Below the pieces are notes generated by a model. The model was not told where the DNA came from and did not search any database. It saw only the letters and a list, made by a program, of their open reading frames with translations. A program made the translations under genes and the position numbers. DNA of 64,000 bases from a bacterium (GTDB lineage Bacteria; Patescibacteriota; Dojkabacteria; JAKAPS01; JAJZLI01). Of the stretch, positions 50,765 to 64,000 are shown one piece after another. Position 1 is the first letter of the stretch. Every line of letters begins with the position of its first letter. The stretch covers positions 1,113-65,112 of the forward strand of contig JAJYWX010000001.1 in the NCBI GenBank assembly GCA_021791275.1, written 5' to 3'.

Positions 50765-53245
50765 TTAATTAATAGATTCAATATATATTTTTTCTTCTTT
50801 GTTAATTCCTATTTTTAAAGTAATACCGTTAAAGGTAGTGTCACTTTGTATCATATTTTCAATAAAATATGCAGATAAACTCGTTTCAGTATATTTATTA
50901 AAAACTCTCTTTAATTGCCTTGCACCAAAATCTTCATTAAACCCCTTAATTGAAATATAATTTAAATATTCATCCGAAAATATAAGATTTAAAGATGATT
51001 TTTTCATTTTATTAGAATAATCCCTTGCTATTTTCTTTACAATTTTAAAAGAATCCATAGATGTTAAAGATTTAAATACAATAATATCATCAATTCTATT
51101 TAAAAATTCAGGTGGCAAATATTCCTTTAGTCTAATTAATGACTCTTCCTCTATTTTTGAATATTCACTCTCTATAGATTTTGAATCAAATTTCCTGTTC
51201 ATCTGTACATCTGTATTAAATCCTAATATTGAATTACTCTCTATAATATCTGAAGCTATATTAGATGTAAGTATAATCACTGTATTTTTGAAATTAACAA
51301 ATCTTCCCCTACTATCAGTCAAATGACCCTCCTCCATTATTTGTAATAATATATTAAGAACCTCAGGGTGAGCCTTTTCTATCTCATCAAACAAAACTAC
51401 TGAGTATGGCTTATTCTTTACCCTTTCAGTTAATTGTCCTCCTTCTTGATAGCCAACATAACCTGGGGGAGATCCAATAAACTTAGAAACACTGTGTGAT
51501 TCCATATACTCACTCATATCAATTTGAATCAACGACTTTTTACTCCCTATATACTTTATTGCAATTTGTTTAGCTAGCTCTGTCTTTCCAACACCAGTAG
51601 GACCAACAAACAAGAACACCCCTAATGGTCTATTTTCATCTCTAAACCCTACTTTCGCACTTTTAAGTATATTTGAAACCCTATCTACAGCATTATCCTG
51701 ACCTATAATCTCCTTCTTCATTACATTATCCAAATTTCTTAATTCTTTAAGATTAAAATTAGATATACTATATGATGGTATCCCAGTCCATTTAGAAATA
51801 ACTGTAACAATATCATTAGGTGAAACCTCCTTCATATTTGAGATTAACTCTTTATTTAGTGATTCAATCTTACTTAACAAATCCAACTCCTTTTCCTTAT
51901 AATAAAGAGACTGTAAATATTTCTTATCTTCTAAGTATTTCTCTTTTTTATCTGATACTTTTTTCAAGTTATTTTTTATACCACTTAATAGAATCTCAAC
52001 ATTATTCTTTTCTAAAGATTTCGATGTTGAAGATTCTTCTAATAAATCTATCGCTTTATCTGGGAGAAATCTATCTACAATAAATCTATCAGAAAGATTT
52101 ACTGAGGCCACTATAGAATCATCTGTTATTTTCACATTATGATAAGACTCAATATCACCTTTTATCTCTTTAATTGCCTTTATGCTATCATCAATACTTA
52201 ATTCTTCTATTTTGACTGGAAGGAATCTTCTTGTTAAAGCAGCATCCCCCTCAAAGAATCTTTGATATTCATAAAATGTTGTAGCACCTATACATCTTAA
52301 ATAATCACTAGTTAAGTGAGGTTTCAGCATATTTGCTATATCATTGTTTCCTCCGTTACTACCTAGATTAAAAATCATGTGTATTTCATCTATAAATAAT
52401 ATAATGTTTTTTCTTGCCTTTATATCCTCCATCATATTATTTATTTTCATTTCTAATTCTCCCCTCATCTCAGTTGACATCATTAACTTTGATAAATCTA
52501 GACTCCAAATCTCAAAATTTTGTAAATTTTCTGGAACTTCTTTTTTATGTATCATGTAGGCTAAATTTTCCACAATAGAAGTTTTTCCTACACCAGCTTC
52601 ACCAATAAGAATTGGATTATTCTTATTTCTTCTTGATAATATATGAATTATTCTATCTATTTCTTTTTTCCTACCTATAACTTTAGTAATACCCGACTCC
52701 TGAGATTTCTGATTTAGATTAACCCCTATAAATGACAAGTAAGATTTATTTATTATATCTAGATTCTTATTAGTTGTATTTGCATTGCTATATGAAAAAA
52801 CCCCTGGAGGGTAGTTTCCAAAAGAAGATACTAAACTCTCAAAATAATCATAATCTATACCGAAATTCTTCAATTCTTTAACAAATGGATTTCTAACTAG
52901 TTGGAGTATAGATAACATCAAATGCTCTGTTCCAACATATACATGTCCCATTTTCCTTGAGATATAGAATGCACCAATTAAGGCCTTATTAAAATCTTCT
53001 GATACTATAATCTCTCTGCCTTGTGATTTTTCTTCTACTATTATATTGCTAAAGGATACAGAAGAATTAAAATTAACACTTTCTAATGCTCTATTAACAA
53101 AACTATCTTTCTGATTAATTATACCTAAAAAAAGATGTTTTACCTCTAAATATTTAGAATTATTTTTTTTAGCATAATCATATGCAAAATTTATTGCATT
53201 AATAGCATTTTTTGATAATTTTTTAAGACTAGAATCCATTTCCAT
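50765..53245 (-). CDS. clpC: Clp/HSP100-family AAA+ chaperone ATPase (ClpC-like, two AAA modules, N-terminal Clp_N repeats)
   Basis: 826 aa. Walker A motifs GEAGVGKTS and GPTGVGKTE, Walker B DEIHMIF / FDEIEKAH. Confidence 0.85.
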   Translation of the reverse strand: MEMDSSLKKLSKNAINAINFAYDYAKKNNSKYLEVKHLFLGIINQKDSFVNRALESVNFNSSVSFSNIIVEEKSQGREIIVSEDFNKALIGAFYISRKMGHVYVGTEHLMLSILQLVRNPFVKELKNFGIDYDYFESLVSSFGNYPPGVFSYSNANTTNKNLDIINKSYLSFIGVNLNQKSQESGITKVIGRKKEIDRIIHILSRRNKNNPILIGEAGVGKTSIVENLAYMIHKKEVPENLQNFEIWSLDLSKLMMSTEMRGELEMKINNMMEDIKARKNIILFIDEIHMIFNLGSNGGNNDIANMLKPHLTSDYLRCIGATTFYEYQRFFEGDAALTRRFLPVKIEELSIDDSIKAIKEIKGDIESYHNVKITDDSIVASVNLSDRFIVDRFLPDKAIDLLEESSTSKSLEKNNVEILLSGIKNNLKKVSDKKEKYLEDKKYLQSLYYKEKELDLLSKIESLNKELISNMKEVSPNDIVTVISKWTGIPSYSISNFNLKELRNLDNVMKKEIIGQDNAVDRVSNILKSAKVGFRDENRPLGVFLFVGPTGVGKTELAKQIAIKYIGSKKSLIQIDMSEYMESHSVSKFIGSPPGYVGYQEGGQLTERVKNKPYSVVLFDEIEKAHPEVLNILLQIMEEGHLTDSRGRFVNFKNTVIILTSNIASDIIESNSILGFNTDVQMNRKFDSKSIESEYSKIEEESLIRLKEYLPPEFLNRIDDIIVFKSLTSMDSFKIVKKIARDYSNKMKKSSLNLIFSDEYLNYISIKGFNEDFGARQLKRVFNKYTETSLSAYFIENMIQSDTTFNGITLKIGINKEEKIYIESIN

Positions 53246-53284
53246 GATATTCTTATTATAACATATGTTAAAAATGGGATTTTA

Positions 53285-54412
53285 TTATTTTGTTTTTTTT
53301 GATTTCTTAAGACTTAGCCCTAAATGTCTTTCAACTGGAGATATTGAGAGTACCTTTAAATCTAATTCTTGTCCTACACTTAAGAATTTTGAGATATCTT
53401 CAATTGGATCATCTGATAACTCAGATACATGTATTAAACCATTAACTCCTTCTGCAATTCTCACAAATACCCCATAATCAACTATTTTTTGAACAACACC
53501 CTTAACTTGTTGTCCTACTTTGTACTTTGATATTATAGAATCCCAAGTATCTTGTTGTAATCTTTTAATCGAATATGCAACTCTTTTTCCATCATCACCC
53601 ATACTAATAAGTTGAACCTTAACTTCATCTCCTATCTTATAAAAATCGTTAGGATCTGTAACTTTATCCCATGATATTTCTGAAAGGTGAACTAGACCTT
53701 CTAAACCTTGAGCTGTAACAAAGATTCCATATGGAGTAACACTTGTAACAACACCATCTAATACATCTCCCACTTTAATATTTTTTAAAGTTTCATCCCT
53801 TAACTGAACATCTTCGTTACTAGATACTAATTTTTCTGATAATATTATTCTATCTTTATTTTTATCAAGCTCTATAACTTTCACAAATAAGGATTCTCCT
53901 ATTAAAGAATTTAGGCTTTCAGATATATCATTTTCACTAGAATTCTCTTTATATATTCTAGCAAAATCCAATTGGGATATTGGGACAAAACCAGATAATG
54001 AACCCTCAATATCAACCAATAAACCACCACTATTATAGTCTACAACAACTACCTCTATAATTTCATTGTTTTTCCATGCATCTTCTAATTTTCTCCATTT
54101 TCTTAAATCTTCTGTTCTTCTTAAAGATAGTTCTATTTGACCTTTATCGTTTTCAGGATTAACAACATATAACGTCAGCACATCTCCATTCTTCATATCT
54201 TTCAATGAAAATCCTGGACTTCTTAATTCAGATCCAGAAATTATACCTTCTGATTTATTTTTTAAATCCACTAAAACAACTCCCTTCATTATCTTTACAA
54301 TTTTCCCCTCAATAATATCTGCCTTTTTCAACACCTTATTATCTATGGGGTATTTTTTTAATAATTCAGAAAATTTAATATTTTTTTGACTTTTTGTTTC
54401 TTTCATAAGCAT
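53285..54412 (-). CDS. rpsA: 30S ribosomal protein S1, short four-domain form
   Basis: 375 aa of tandem S1 OB-fold repeats. Two in-frame Mets (MLM...) with no SD; the upstream sequence is the 3' end of 5S rRNA. Confidence 0.8.
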   Translation of the reverse strand: MLMKETKSQKNIKFSELLKKYPIDNKVLKKADIIEGKIVKIMKGVVLVDLKNKSEGIISGSELRSPGFSLKDMKNGDVLTLYVVNPENDKGQIELSLRRTEDLRKWRKLEDAWKNNEIIEVVVVDYNSGGLLVDIEGSLSGFVPISQLDFARIYKENSSENDISESLNSLIGESLFVKVIELDKNKDRIILSEKLVSSNEDVQLRDETLKNIKVGDVLDGVVTSVTPYGIFVTAQGLEGLVHLSEISWDKVTDPNDFYKIGDEVKVQLISMGDDGKRVAYSIKRLQQDTWDSIISKYKVGQQVKGVVQKIVDYGVFVRIAEGVNGLIHVSELSDDPIEDISKFLSVGQELDLKVLSISPVERHLGLSLKKSKKTK

Positions 54413-54420
54413 AAAAAATT

Positions 54421-54526
54421 CTTGGCAATGACCTATCTTCCCTTACAGTATTTTCGGAGCTTAAATGTTTTACGACTCTGTTCGGAATGGAAAGAGGTAG
54501 TTCCACTTAGCTACAATCACCAAGAA
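54421..54526 (-). rRNA. rrf: 5S ribosomal RNA
   Basis: Minus strand reads CTTGGTGATTGTAGCTAAGTGGAACTACCTCTTTCCATTCCGAACAGAGTCGTAAAACATTTAAGCTCCGAAAATACTGTAAGGGAAGATAGGTCATTGCCAAG. Helix I closes CTTGGTGA/TCATTGCCAAG; the conserved CCGAAC loop C is present. Confidence 0.8.
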
Positions 54527-54609
54527 TTTGGAATATATTGTATCAAAAATTTTGAACAAAAGGAATACTCCCTTAAAAGTAAATAGATACATGGTATTTA
54601 AGATTAATT

Positions 54610-57710
<3,101 letters not shown>

Positions 57711-57771
57711 TACATGAGTAATTTAATTATAAATACCCACTATATCTATTCACTTTTAAAAGAGCATCGTG

Positions 57772-57844
57772 TGGAGACGAGGAGATTCGAACTCCTGACC
57801 TCTTCAGTGCAAATGAAGCGCTATACCAACTAAGCTACGTCCCC
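57772..57844 (-). tRNA. tRNA-Ala (anticodon UGC) in 16S-23S spacer
   Basis: Reverse complement: GGGGACG-TA-GCTT-AGTTGGTAT-AGCG...CTTCA-TTTGCAC-TGAAG...AGGAG-TTCGAAT-CTCCT-CGTCTCC-A, with G3:U70. Confidence 0.88.
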
Positions 57845-57856
57845 ACGTAATAAGAC

Positions 57857-57930
57857 TGGGCGACCATGGAATCGAACCATGGACCTCAGTCTTATCAGGA
57901 CTGCGCTCTAACCGACTGAGCTAGTCGCCC
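57857..57930 (-). tRNA. tRNA-Ile (anticodon GAU) in 16S-23S spacer
   Basis: Reverse complement: GGGCGAC-TA-GCTC-AGTCGGTTA-GAGC...anticodon loop CCTGATAAG...CCATG-GTTCGATT-CCATG-GTCGCCC-A. Confidence 0.88.
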
Positions 57931-58011
57931 AAATTAACTATATAAAGAACGCTTTTTCACAAATTAAAAGTAGCAGGTATAAAATTCTAATAGGTTTAAA
58001 TTTATCTCCTT

Positions 58012-59512
<1,501 letters not shown>

Positions 59513-59603
59513 AAAAAAATGTTATTTGTAGGATTAACATTAAAAATCCAGAATTTTAGAGACCTACTACTTTTAAATTGTGAAAGAGCAAAGAAACTTA
59601 TTT

Positions 59604-59632
59604 CTTATATCATGATAAAAAGAAAAAGTCAA
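59604..59632 (-). promoter_or_regulatory. candidate rRNA operon promoter (TTGACT-17-TATAAG on minus strand)
   Basis: Plus strand shows cttata at 59604-59609 and agtcaa at 59627-59632, about 95 nt upstream of the 16S 5' end and immediately downstream of the membrane-protein ORF. Confidence 0.4.
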
Positions 59633-59648
59633 ACAGAAAAACTCTTTA

Positions 59649-60092
59649 CTACTTGCTTTTTCTCCTATTCTTCTTCTTTTTTTTAGGAATATATTTTTGT
59701 ATTGTTAATTCTCTATAAAATTTAATTGTATCCTTTTTTAGAAAGAAAATAAAGTACACTAAATAATACACAAGGAGAGCAACAAATAGAATAATATAAA
59801 GCTCAAGAATTAATCTCATTGAAACAAAAGGCACTGCATATATCCTTGCATATAAAAGACCCATTAAAAATATACTCATATAGAAAGCACTCCATGACAA
59901 TTTTTTGAATATATTATAAATTGGTGTTCCCTTTTCTTTTTTTAATAAATATATAAATAAAAATATAACCCAAATTATGAAAAGATCAAACATTAATATC
60001 AAAAAATAGTTAATGAAAGTAAAGTGACTACTAGGGGTCTGAGTTATGTACCCTAAATTTATTAGATTTTTAAAATTTATCCCTAAGATCAT
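59649..60092 (-). CDS. small integral membrane protein with poly-lysine C-terminal tail
   Basis: 147 aa, four predicted TM helices, C-terminus KKKKKNRRKSK. Overlaps the mnmA stop region by 4 nt. Confidence 0.45.
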   Translation of the reverse strand: MILGINFKNLINLGYITQTPSSHFTFINYFLILMFDLFIIWVIFLFIYLLKKEKGTPIYNIFKKLSWSAFYMSIFLMGLLYARIYAVPFVSMRLILELYIILFVALLVYYLVYFIFFLKKDTIKFYRELTIQKYIPKKKKKNRRKSK

Positions 60093-61192
60093 ATACTTAT
60101 AACCCCTCCTCCGATAACAATATTATCATTATATAATACTCCATATTGACCTGGAGCCACAGCTATCTCACCATCTCTAAGCTTTATTTCAATTTCATCA
60201 CCAGAGAGATTATATTCACTTATATCTAATACTTTACCTCGATATCTAACTTGAATCTTCATATTTTTAGAAATACTGCCCTTACTTAATAAGTTAATCT
60301 TTTTTAAATTTATATCATATATTTTACAATCTTCTATATCTCCAACAATTAATGTATTATCTCTAAAATTTTTCTTTACGACATATAATGGTCTATTTAT
60401 TTTTGTTTCAATTCCTTTTCTTTGTCCAATTGTATAAAAAGAAAGACCTATATGCCTACCAATAACTTCTCCATTAGTTCCAACTATATCACCCGGATCA
60501 GATATATCTTGTACATTCCTAGATAAAAATCCTTTATAATCATTTCCTGGAATAAAACAAATTTCTTGAGAATCTTTTTTAGCTGTAATTCTTATTCCTG
60601 CCTCTTCAGCAATCTTTCTAACAATATCCTTGCTCTCAAACTCTCCAATAGGGAAAAGTGTTTTCGATAATACATCTTTATCTATATTATGTAGAAAATA
60701 TGATTGATCCTTATTTAAATCTTTAGATCGAGATAAATAATAATCTCCTCTTTTATTTATTATCCTTGCATAATGACCTGTTGCTACATAATCAGCATCA
60801 AAATCTTTTAATTTTGTGTATAACAACCCAAACTTAATTTTCTTATTACACATAACACAGGGATTTGGAGTCAAACCTTGCCTAAATGAGGATATAAAAT
60901 AACTCACTATGTCATCTTTAAAATCTTCTCTAAAATTTAAAACATAAAAAGGTATACCTAAACGATTACAAAGATTTCTAGCATCCTCAACACCCTCAAT
61001 AGAACAACATTTATTATCTTTAGCTGATAAATGTGAATATTCCTTTCCCTCAGATTCAGTCCAAAACTTCATATGAACTCCAAATACCTCATATCCCTGC
61101 ATCTTCAGGGTATATGCAGCTACAGCACTATCTACTCCGCCAGACAACGCAACTAAAACTCTTTTATTCTTTTTACTAGTAAAGGAAACCAT
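60089..61192 (-). CDS. mnmA: tRNA-specific 2-thiouridylase MnmA
   Basis: 367 aa. PP-loop SGGVDS and catalytic Cys region NPCVMCN. Confidence 0.9.
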   Translation of the reverse strand: MVSFTSKKNKRVLVALSGGVDSAVAAYTLKMQGYEVFGVHMKFWTESEGKEYSHLSAKDNKCCSIEGVEDARNLCNRLGIPFYVLNFREDFKDDIVSYFISSFRQGLTPNPCVMCNKKIKFGLLYTKLKDFDADYVATGHYARIINKRGDYYLSRSKDLNKDQSYFLHNIDKDVLSKTLFPIGEFESKDIVRKIAEEAGIRITAKKDSQEICFIPGNDYKGFLSRNVQDISDPGDIVGTNGEVIGRHIGLSFYTIGQRKGIETKINRPLYVVKKNFRDNTLIVGDIEDCKIYDINLKKINLLSKGSISKNMKIQVRYRGKVLDISEYNLSGDEIEIKLRDGEIAVAPGQYGVLYNDNIVIGGGVISI

Positions 61193-61205
61193 GACAAGAA
61201 TTATA

Positions 61206-62930
61206 TCATATTTTTTTATTAATCTCGTACATTTTTTTCACTTCATCTATTTTAGTAGAATCATATACGCCTTTATCGTTTCGAAAAGAAATAAACCTAG
61301 GGAATCTTAAAGCAAAATTGGAAGTATGTACAGGGCTTTTGCTAATTTCATCAAATTTTACTGTGACGACAAGATATGGTTCTACCCAATAATCAGGAAT
61401 AATATTTTTATTATATAAGTAAGATTTATCAGGATTATTCATTAAGTGTAAATCTAAATCTTTTTTTAATTCGACTAAAACTTTTTGAGAAAAACCACTT
61501 CCTAGCTTACATATAGTCTTAAATTTCATACTTTTATCATCATATATACCTAAAAGAACCCCCCCAATACCAAATTTAGATCTTATTCCTTCCCCACTAT
61601 AATATCCCATTATTACAGCATCAATAGTATCAACAACTCCAACTAAAGAATCTTTTTTTAACTTCAACCAATCTGAATTTCTTGTTCCTGGAGAATATAC
61701 ACTTTTAGGATTTTTGATTACTATACCCTCTAATCCTTCATTTATACATTTTTCAAAATAATTATATATCTTATCCTTATTATTCATCTTTATAGTATCT
61801 GTAATTTCTATTCCAGATAAATCTATAGAATTATTATCAAAAAAATTTCTTAAAACTAATAATCTATTAGACAAAGACTCATTAAGAAAAGATTTCTTAT
61901 TTAAATAAATTAAATCAAAAATAAATGCTTTTATTTTAGTATTATCAGTTGCGATAATATTATTTTTCCTTTTCATTTTAACTGTATCTTGGAAAGCCAA
62001 AAATTTATTTGTACTTAAATCCAAACCTAATATTTCAGAATCAAATATAGCTCCGTTAATATTCATATTTTTAAATTTAGAGACAAAATCAGGAAACATC
62101 TCCGTAATATCATTTAAATTTCTAGAAAACAATTTCACATTTGAATTTTCATCTATATGTATTTGACATCTAATGCCGTCAAATTTAGGCTGCACATAAA
62201 CCTCCCCAAACCGCTTAATAGGTTCTTCAAAATTCTCGGCCCTATCAACTAATTTCGGGAAAATAGGTATTCCAACTTTAACAGATAAATCCCTTATAGA
62301 ATGAATATCAGAAATGGCCATTTTTGCTACAACCCCAAGATCAGAACATTTATAATAGGCTTCTTCTATGTATTTTAAGGAGCTTTTATCATTCGACGGG
62401 GAGATTGACAAAGCACTCAATATTGTCTTATATCCAAAGCCAAGTCTGAAATTTGAAAGTATAATTCGTATAAAGTATTTTCCTTCTTGTCCAGAAAGCG
62501 AAGAAAGCGTTTGATTAAGAAGATTCTCCTTTATCTCCATAGACTTATCTCCACTAGTATTAGCTATATTTTTCAAAATCAAAAATATATCAGAAAAACT
62601 CTTTTCACTAGGAGATAAATTTTGGTTTCTAAAATATACTTCCCCTAGATCTCCATATTTATGTATTTCATTTTGTATAAATTCTGAATCTTTCTTAAAA
62701 ATATTCGAAAGTACCTTAATTAAAATTTTCTTACCAATATTAAAATCTGACTTTATATAAAAAGGTTCTACTCTACCATTTAATATATACATAAGTTTTG
62801 GTATATCTTCTACTGGAGTTATATTTATAAGCTCAGAAAGTATTTTAATGATTTTTAGTCTAGAACTTTCTGATTCCAATATATCAAGATAATTACATAT
62901 TTCAAAAAATTTTATATTTTTCTCTCTCAT
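61206..62930 (-). CDS. ATP-dependent DNA ligase (Lig1/LigB-type, with N-terminal DNA-binding domain)
   Basis: 574 aa. Motif I KFDGIR (adenylation lysine), motif III-like FIFDLIYLN, motif IV EGIVIK, motif V WLKLKKD, C-terminal OB domain. Confidence 0.85.
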   Translation of the reverse strand: MREKNIKFFEICNYLDILESESSRLKIIKILSELINITPVEDIPKLMYILNGRVEPFYIKSDFNIGKKILIKVLSNIFKKDSEFIQNEIHKYGDLGEVYFRNQNLSPSEKSFSDIFLILKNIANTSGDKSMEIKENLLNQTLSSLSGQEGKYFIRIILSNFRLGFGYKTILSALSISPSNDKSSLKYIEEAYYKCSDLGVVAKMAISDIHSIRDLSVKVGIPIFPKLVDRAENFEEPIKRFGEVYVQPKFDGIRCQIHIDENSNVKLFSRNLNDITEMFPDFVSKFKNMNINGAIFDSEILGLDLSTNKFLAFQDTVKMKRKNNIIATDNTKIKAFIFDLIYLNKKSFLNESLSNRLLVLRNFFDNNSIDLSGIEITDTIKMNNKDKIYNYFEKCINEGLEGIVIKNPKSVYSPGTRNSDWLKLKKDSLVGVVDTIDAVIMGYYSGEGIRSKFGIGGVLLGIYDDKSMKFKTICKLGSGFSQKVLVELKKDLDLHLMNNPDKSYLYNKNIIPDYWVEPYLVVTVKFDEISKSPVHTSNFALRFPRFISFRNDKGVYDSTKIDEVKKMYEINKKI

Positions 62931-62931
62931 A

Positions 62932-64000
62932 TTATAACCCCCCCCTCTTAAGATCTCTTAGATTGGTACCATACTTAGAATCAACCTTGAGTGGAACTGA
63001 TATTTCAGGAAAATCACTCATCACCAATGATACATCTTTTATAAATTTTTCTAAATTAGATTTCTTTGATAAGCTAAATACAAGCTCATCATGTATTTGT
63101 AGGCGTATAGTGGAATTAAATTTTTCAAGTAAATTATCATTTATTTTTATCATAGCAATCTTTATTATATCTGCACTAGTTCCCTGGATTGGCATATTAA
63201 TAGCTTCTCTGATCATTTGGCTTTTTGCTATATAGCTTCCAGAATTAATATTGAAATACCTCTTTCTTCCATATAAAGTCTCAACAAATCCATTTTTAGC
63301 AACAAAATCTTCAATATATTTATAATAATCCCTTATACCAGGGAATGTATCAAAATAACTTTTTATAAAACTATCCGCATCAGAACGGGATATACCTAAT
63401 TGTCTAGAAAGACCAAAAGATGATAAACCATATATTATACCGAAATTAATTGTTTTAGCCCTATTTCTCTCAGAATCAGAAATCATATCCTCACCCTTAT
63501 TAAAGATTTTAGATGCAGTATATTTATGAATATCCAAATTATCCCTAAATGCATCAATCATATTCTTATCTTTAGAAAAATGAGCCATGAGCCTTAATTC
63601 AATCTGAGAATAATCTAATGACACCAACACATTATCCTTTTCTGCTACAAAAGCTCTTCTTATATCCCTTCCCAGATTAGTTTTATTTGGTATATTTTGC
63701 AAATTTGGATTTTTAGATGAAAGTCTACCAGTAGATACTCCAGTTAAATTATAAGTTGTATGCAATTTATTATTGGAATCAACAAGTTTAATCAAATTTA
63801 ATGTATATGTAGTCTCTATTTTCTTTAATTCTTTATATTTTCTAATAAAATCTATAATTTCATAGTCATTTGATAATATACTTAGAGTTAATTCATCTGT
63901 TGCAAAGATCCCACTTTTTAATTTTTTAAAAAATGGCAATTTTAATTTTTGATACAAAATATTACTCAACTGCTTAGAAGAAGAAATATTGAATTCTTCC
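62932..64000 (-). CDS. polA: DNA polymerase I, C-terminal polymerase-domain portion; gene continues past the right edge of the window
   Basis: Family-A motif A DYSQIELRLMAH, motif B region RNRAKTINFGIIYG, motif C QIHDELVF. The ORF is open to the window end; the Met at 63969 is internal. Confidence 0.85.
   Translation of the reverse strand, partial: EEFNISSSKQLSNILYQKLKLPFFKKLKSGIFATDELTLSILSNDYEIIDFIRKYKELKKIETTYTLNLIKLVDSNNKLHTTYNLTGVSTGRLSSKNPNLQNIPNKTNLGRDIRRAFVAEKDNVLVSLDYSQIELRLMAHFSKDKNMIDAFRDNLDIHKYTASKIFNKGEDMISDSERNRAKTINFGIIYGLSSFGLSRQLGISRSDADSFIKSYFDTFPGIRDYYKYIEDFVAKNGFVETLYGRKRYFNINSGSYIAKSQMIREAINMPIQGTSADIIKIAMIKINDNLLEKFNSTIRLQIHDELVFSLSKKSNLEKFIKDVSLVMSDFPEISVPLKVDSKYGTNLRDLKRGGL

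Overview
This window is a very AT-rich, gene-dense bacterial chromosomal segment. It uses the standard code: long ORFs are intact, and TGA serves as the stop of secE. Almost all of it is core information-processing genes. By eye, the compact housekeeping layout and a non-canonical 16S 530 loop suggest a reduced-genome, possibly CPR/Patescibacteria-like, bacterium; that is inference, not a database result.

Gene content, in genome order:
- Minus strand (1-36.6 kb): M16 peptidase fragment, efp, tRNA-Leu, fusA, rpsG, rpsL, rpoC, rpoB, then PilN/PilO-like pilus genes.
- A tmRNA (ssrA) on the plus strand that the ORF track cannot show.
- A ~22 kb co-directional housekeeping array on the minus strand: ychF, cca, cysS, recR, ybaB, dnaX, hisS, trpS, mfd, pth, ybeY, yqeY, rpsU, HIT, rseP, frr, tsf, rpsB, topA, mrdA, mreD, mreC, mreB.
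- Plus strand: priA, an M50 protease, then tRNA-Thr/Tyr/Thr, rpmG, tRNA-Trp, secE, nusG, rplK, rplA, rho.
- Minus-strand ndk and plus-strand tRNA-Arg.
- rplJ-rplL on the minus strand, preceded by a leader/attenuator and two consensus DnaA boxes.
- clpC-like gene and rpsA, then a complete rRNA operon on the minus strand (16S, tRNA-Ile, tRNA-Ala, 23S, 5S).
- mnmA, an ATP-dependent DNA ligase, and the C-terminal part of polA.

The only clearly non-housekeeping islands are:
- A divergent module at 45.5-49.4 kb: a membrane-anchored PEGA/beta-propeller protein, a second MreB paralogue with an Asp-to-Asn change at the catalytic position, and an O-antigen-ligase (Wzy_C)-like membrane protein.
- The small pilus-like cluster at 12.3-13.7 kb.

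Other points of interest:
- The str/rpoBC/rplKAJL super-operon is rearranged and tuf is absent from both canonical positions.
- 5S rRNA abuts the rpsA start codon.
- Mfd is minimal.
- An ATP-dependent ligase sits beside polA.

No CRISPR array, integrase, transposase, reverse transcriptase or toxin-antitoxin pair was seen.
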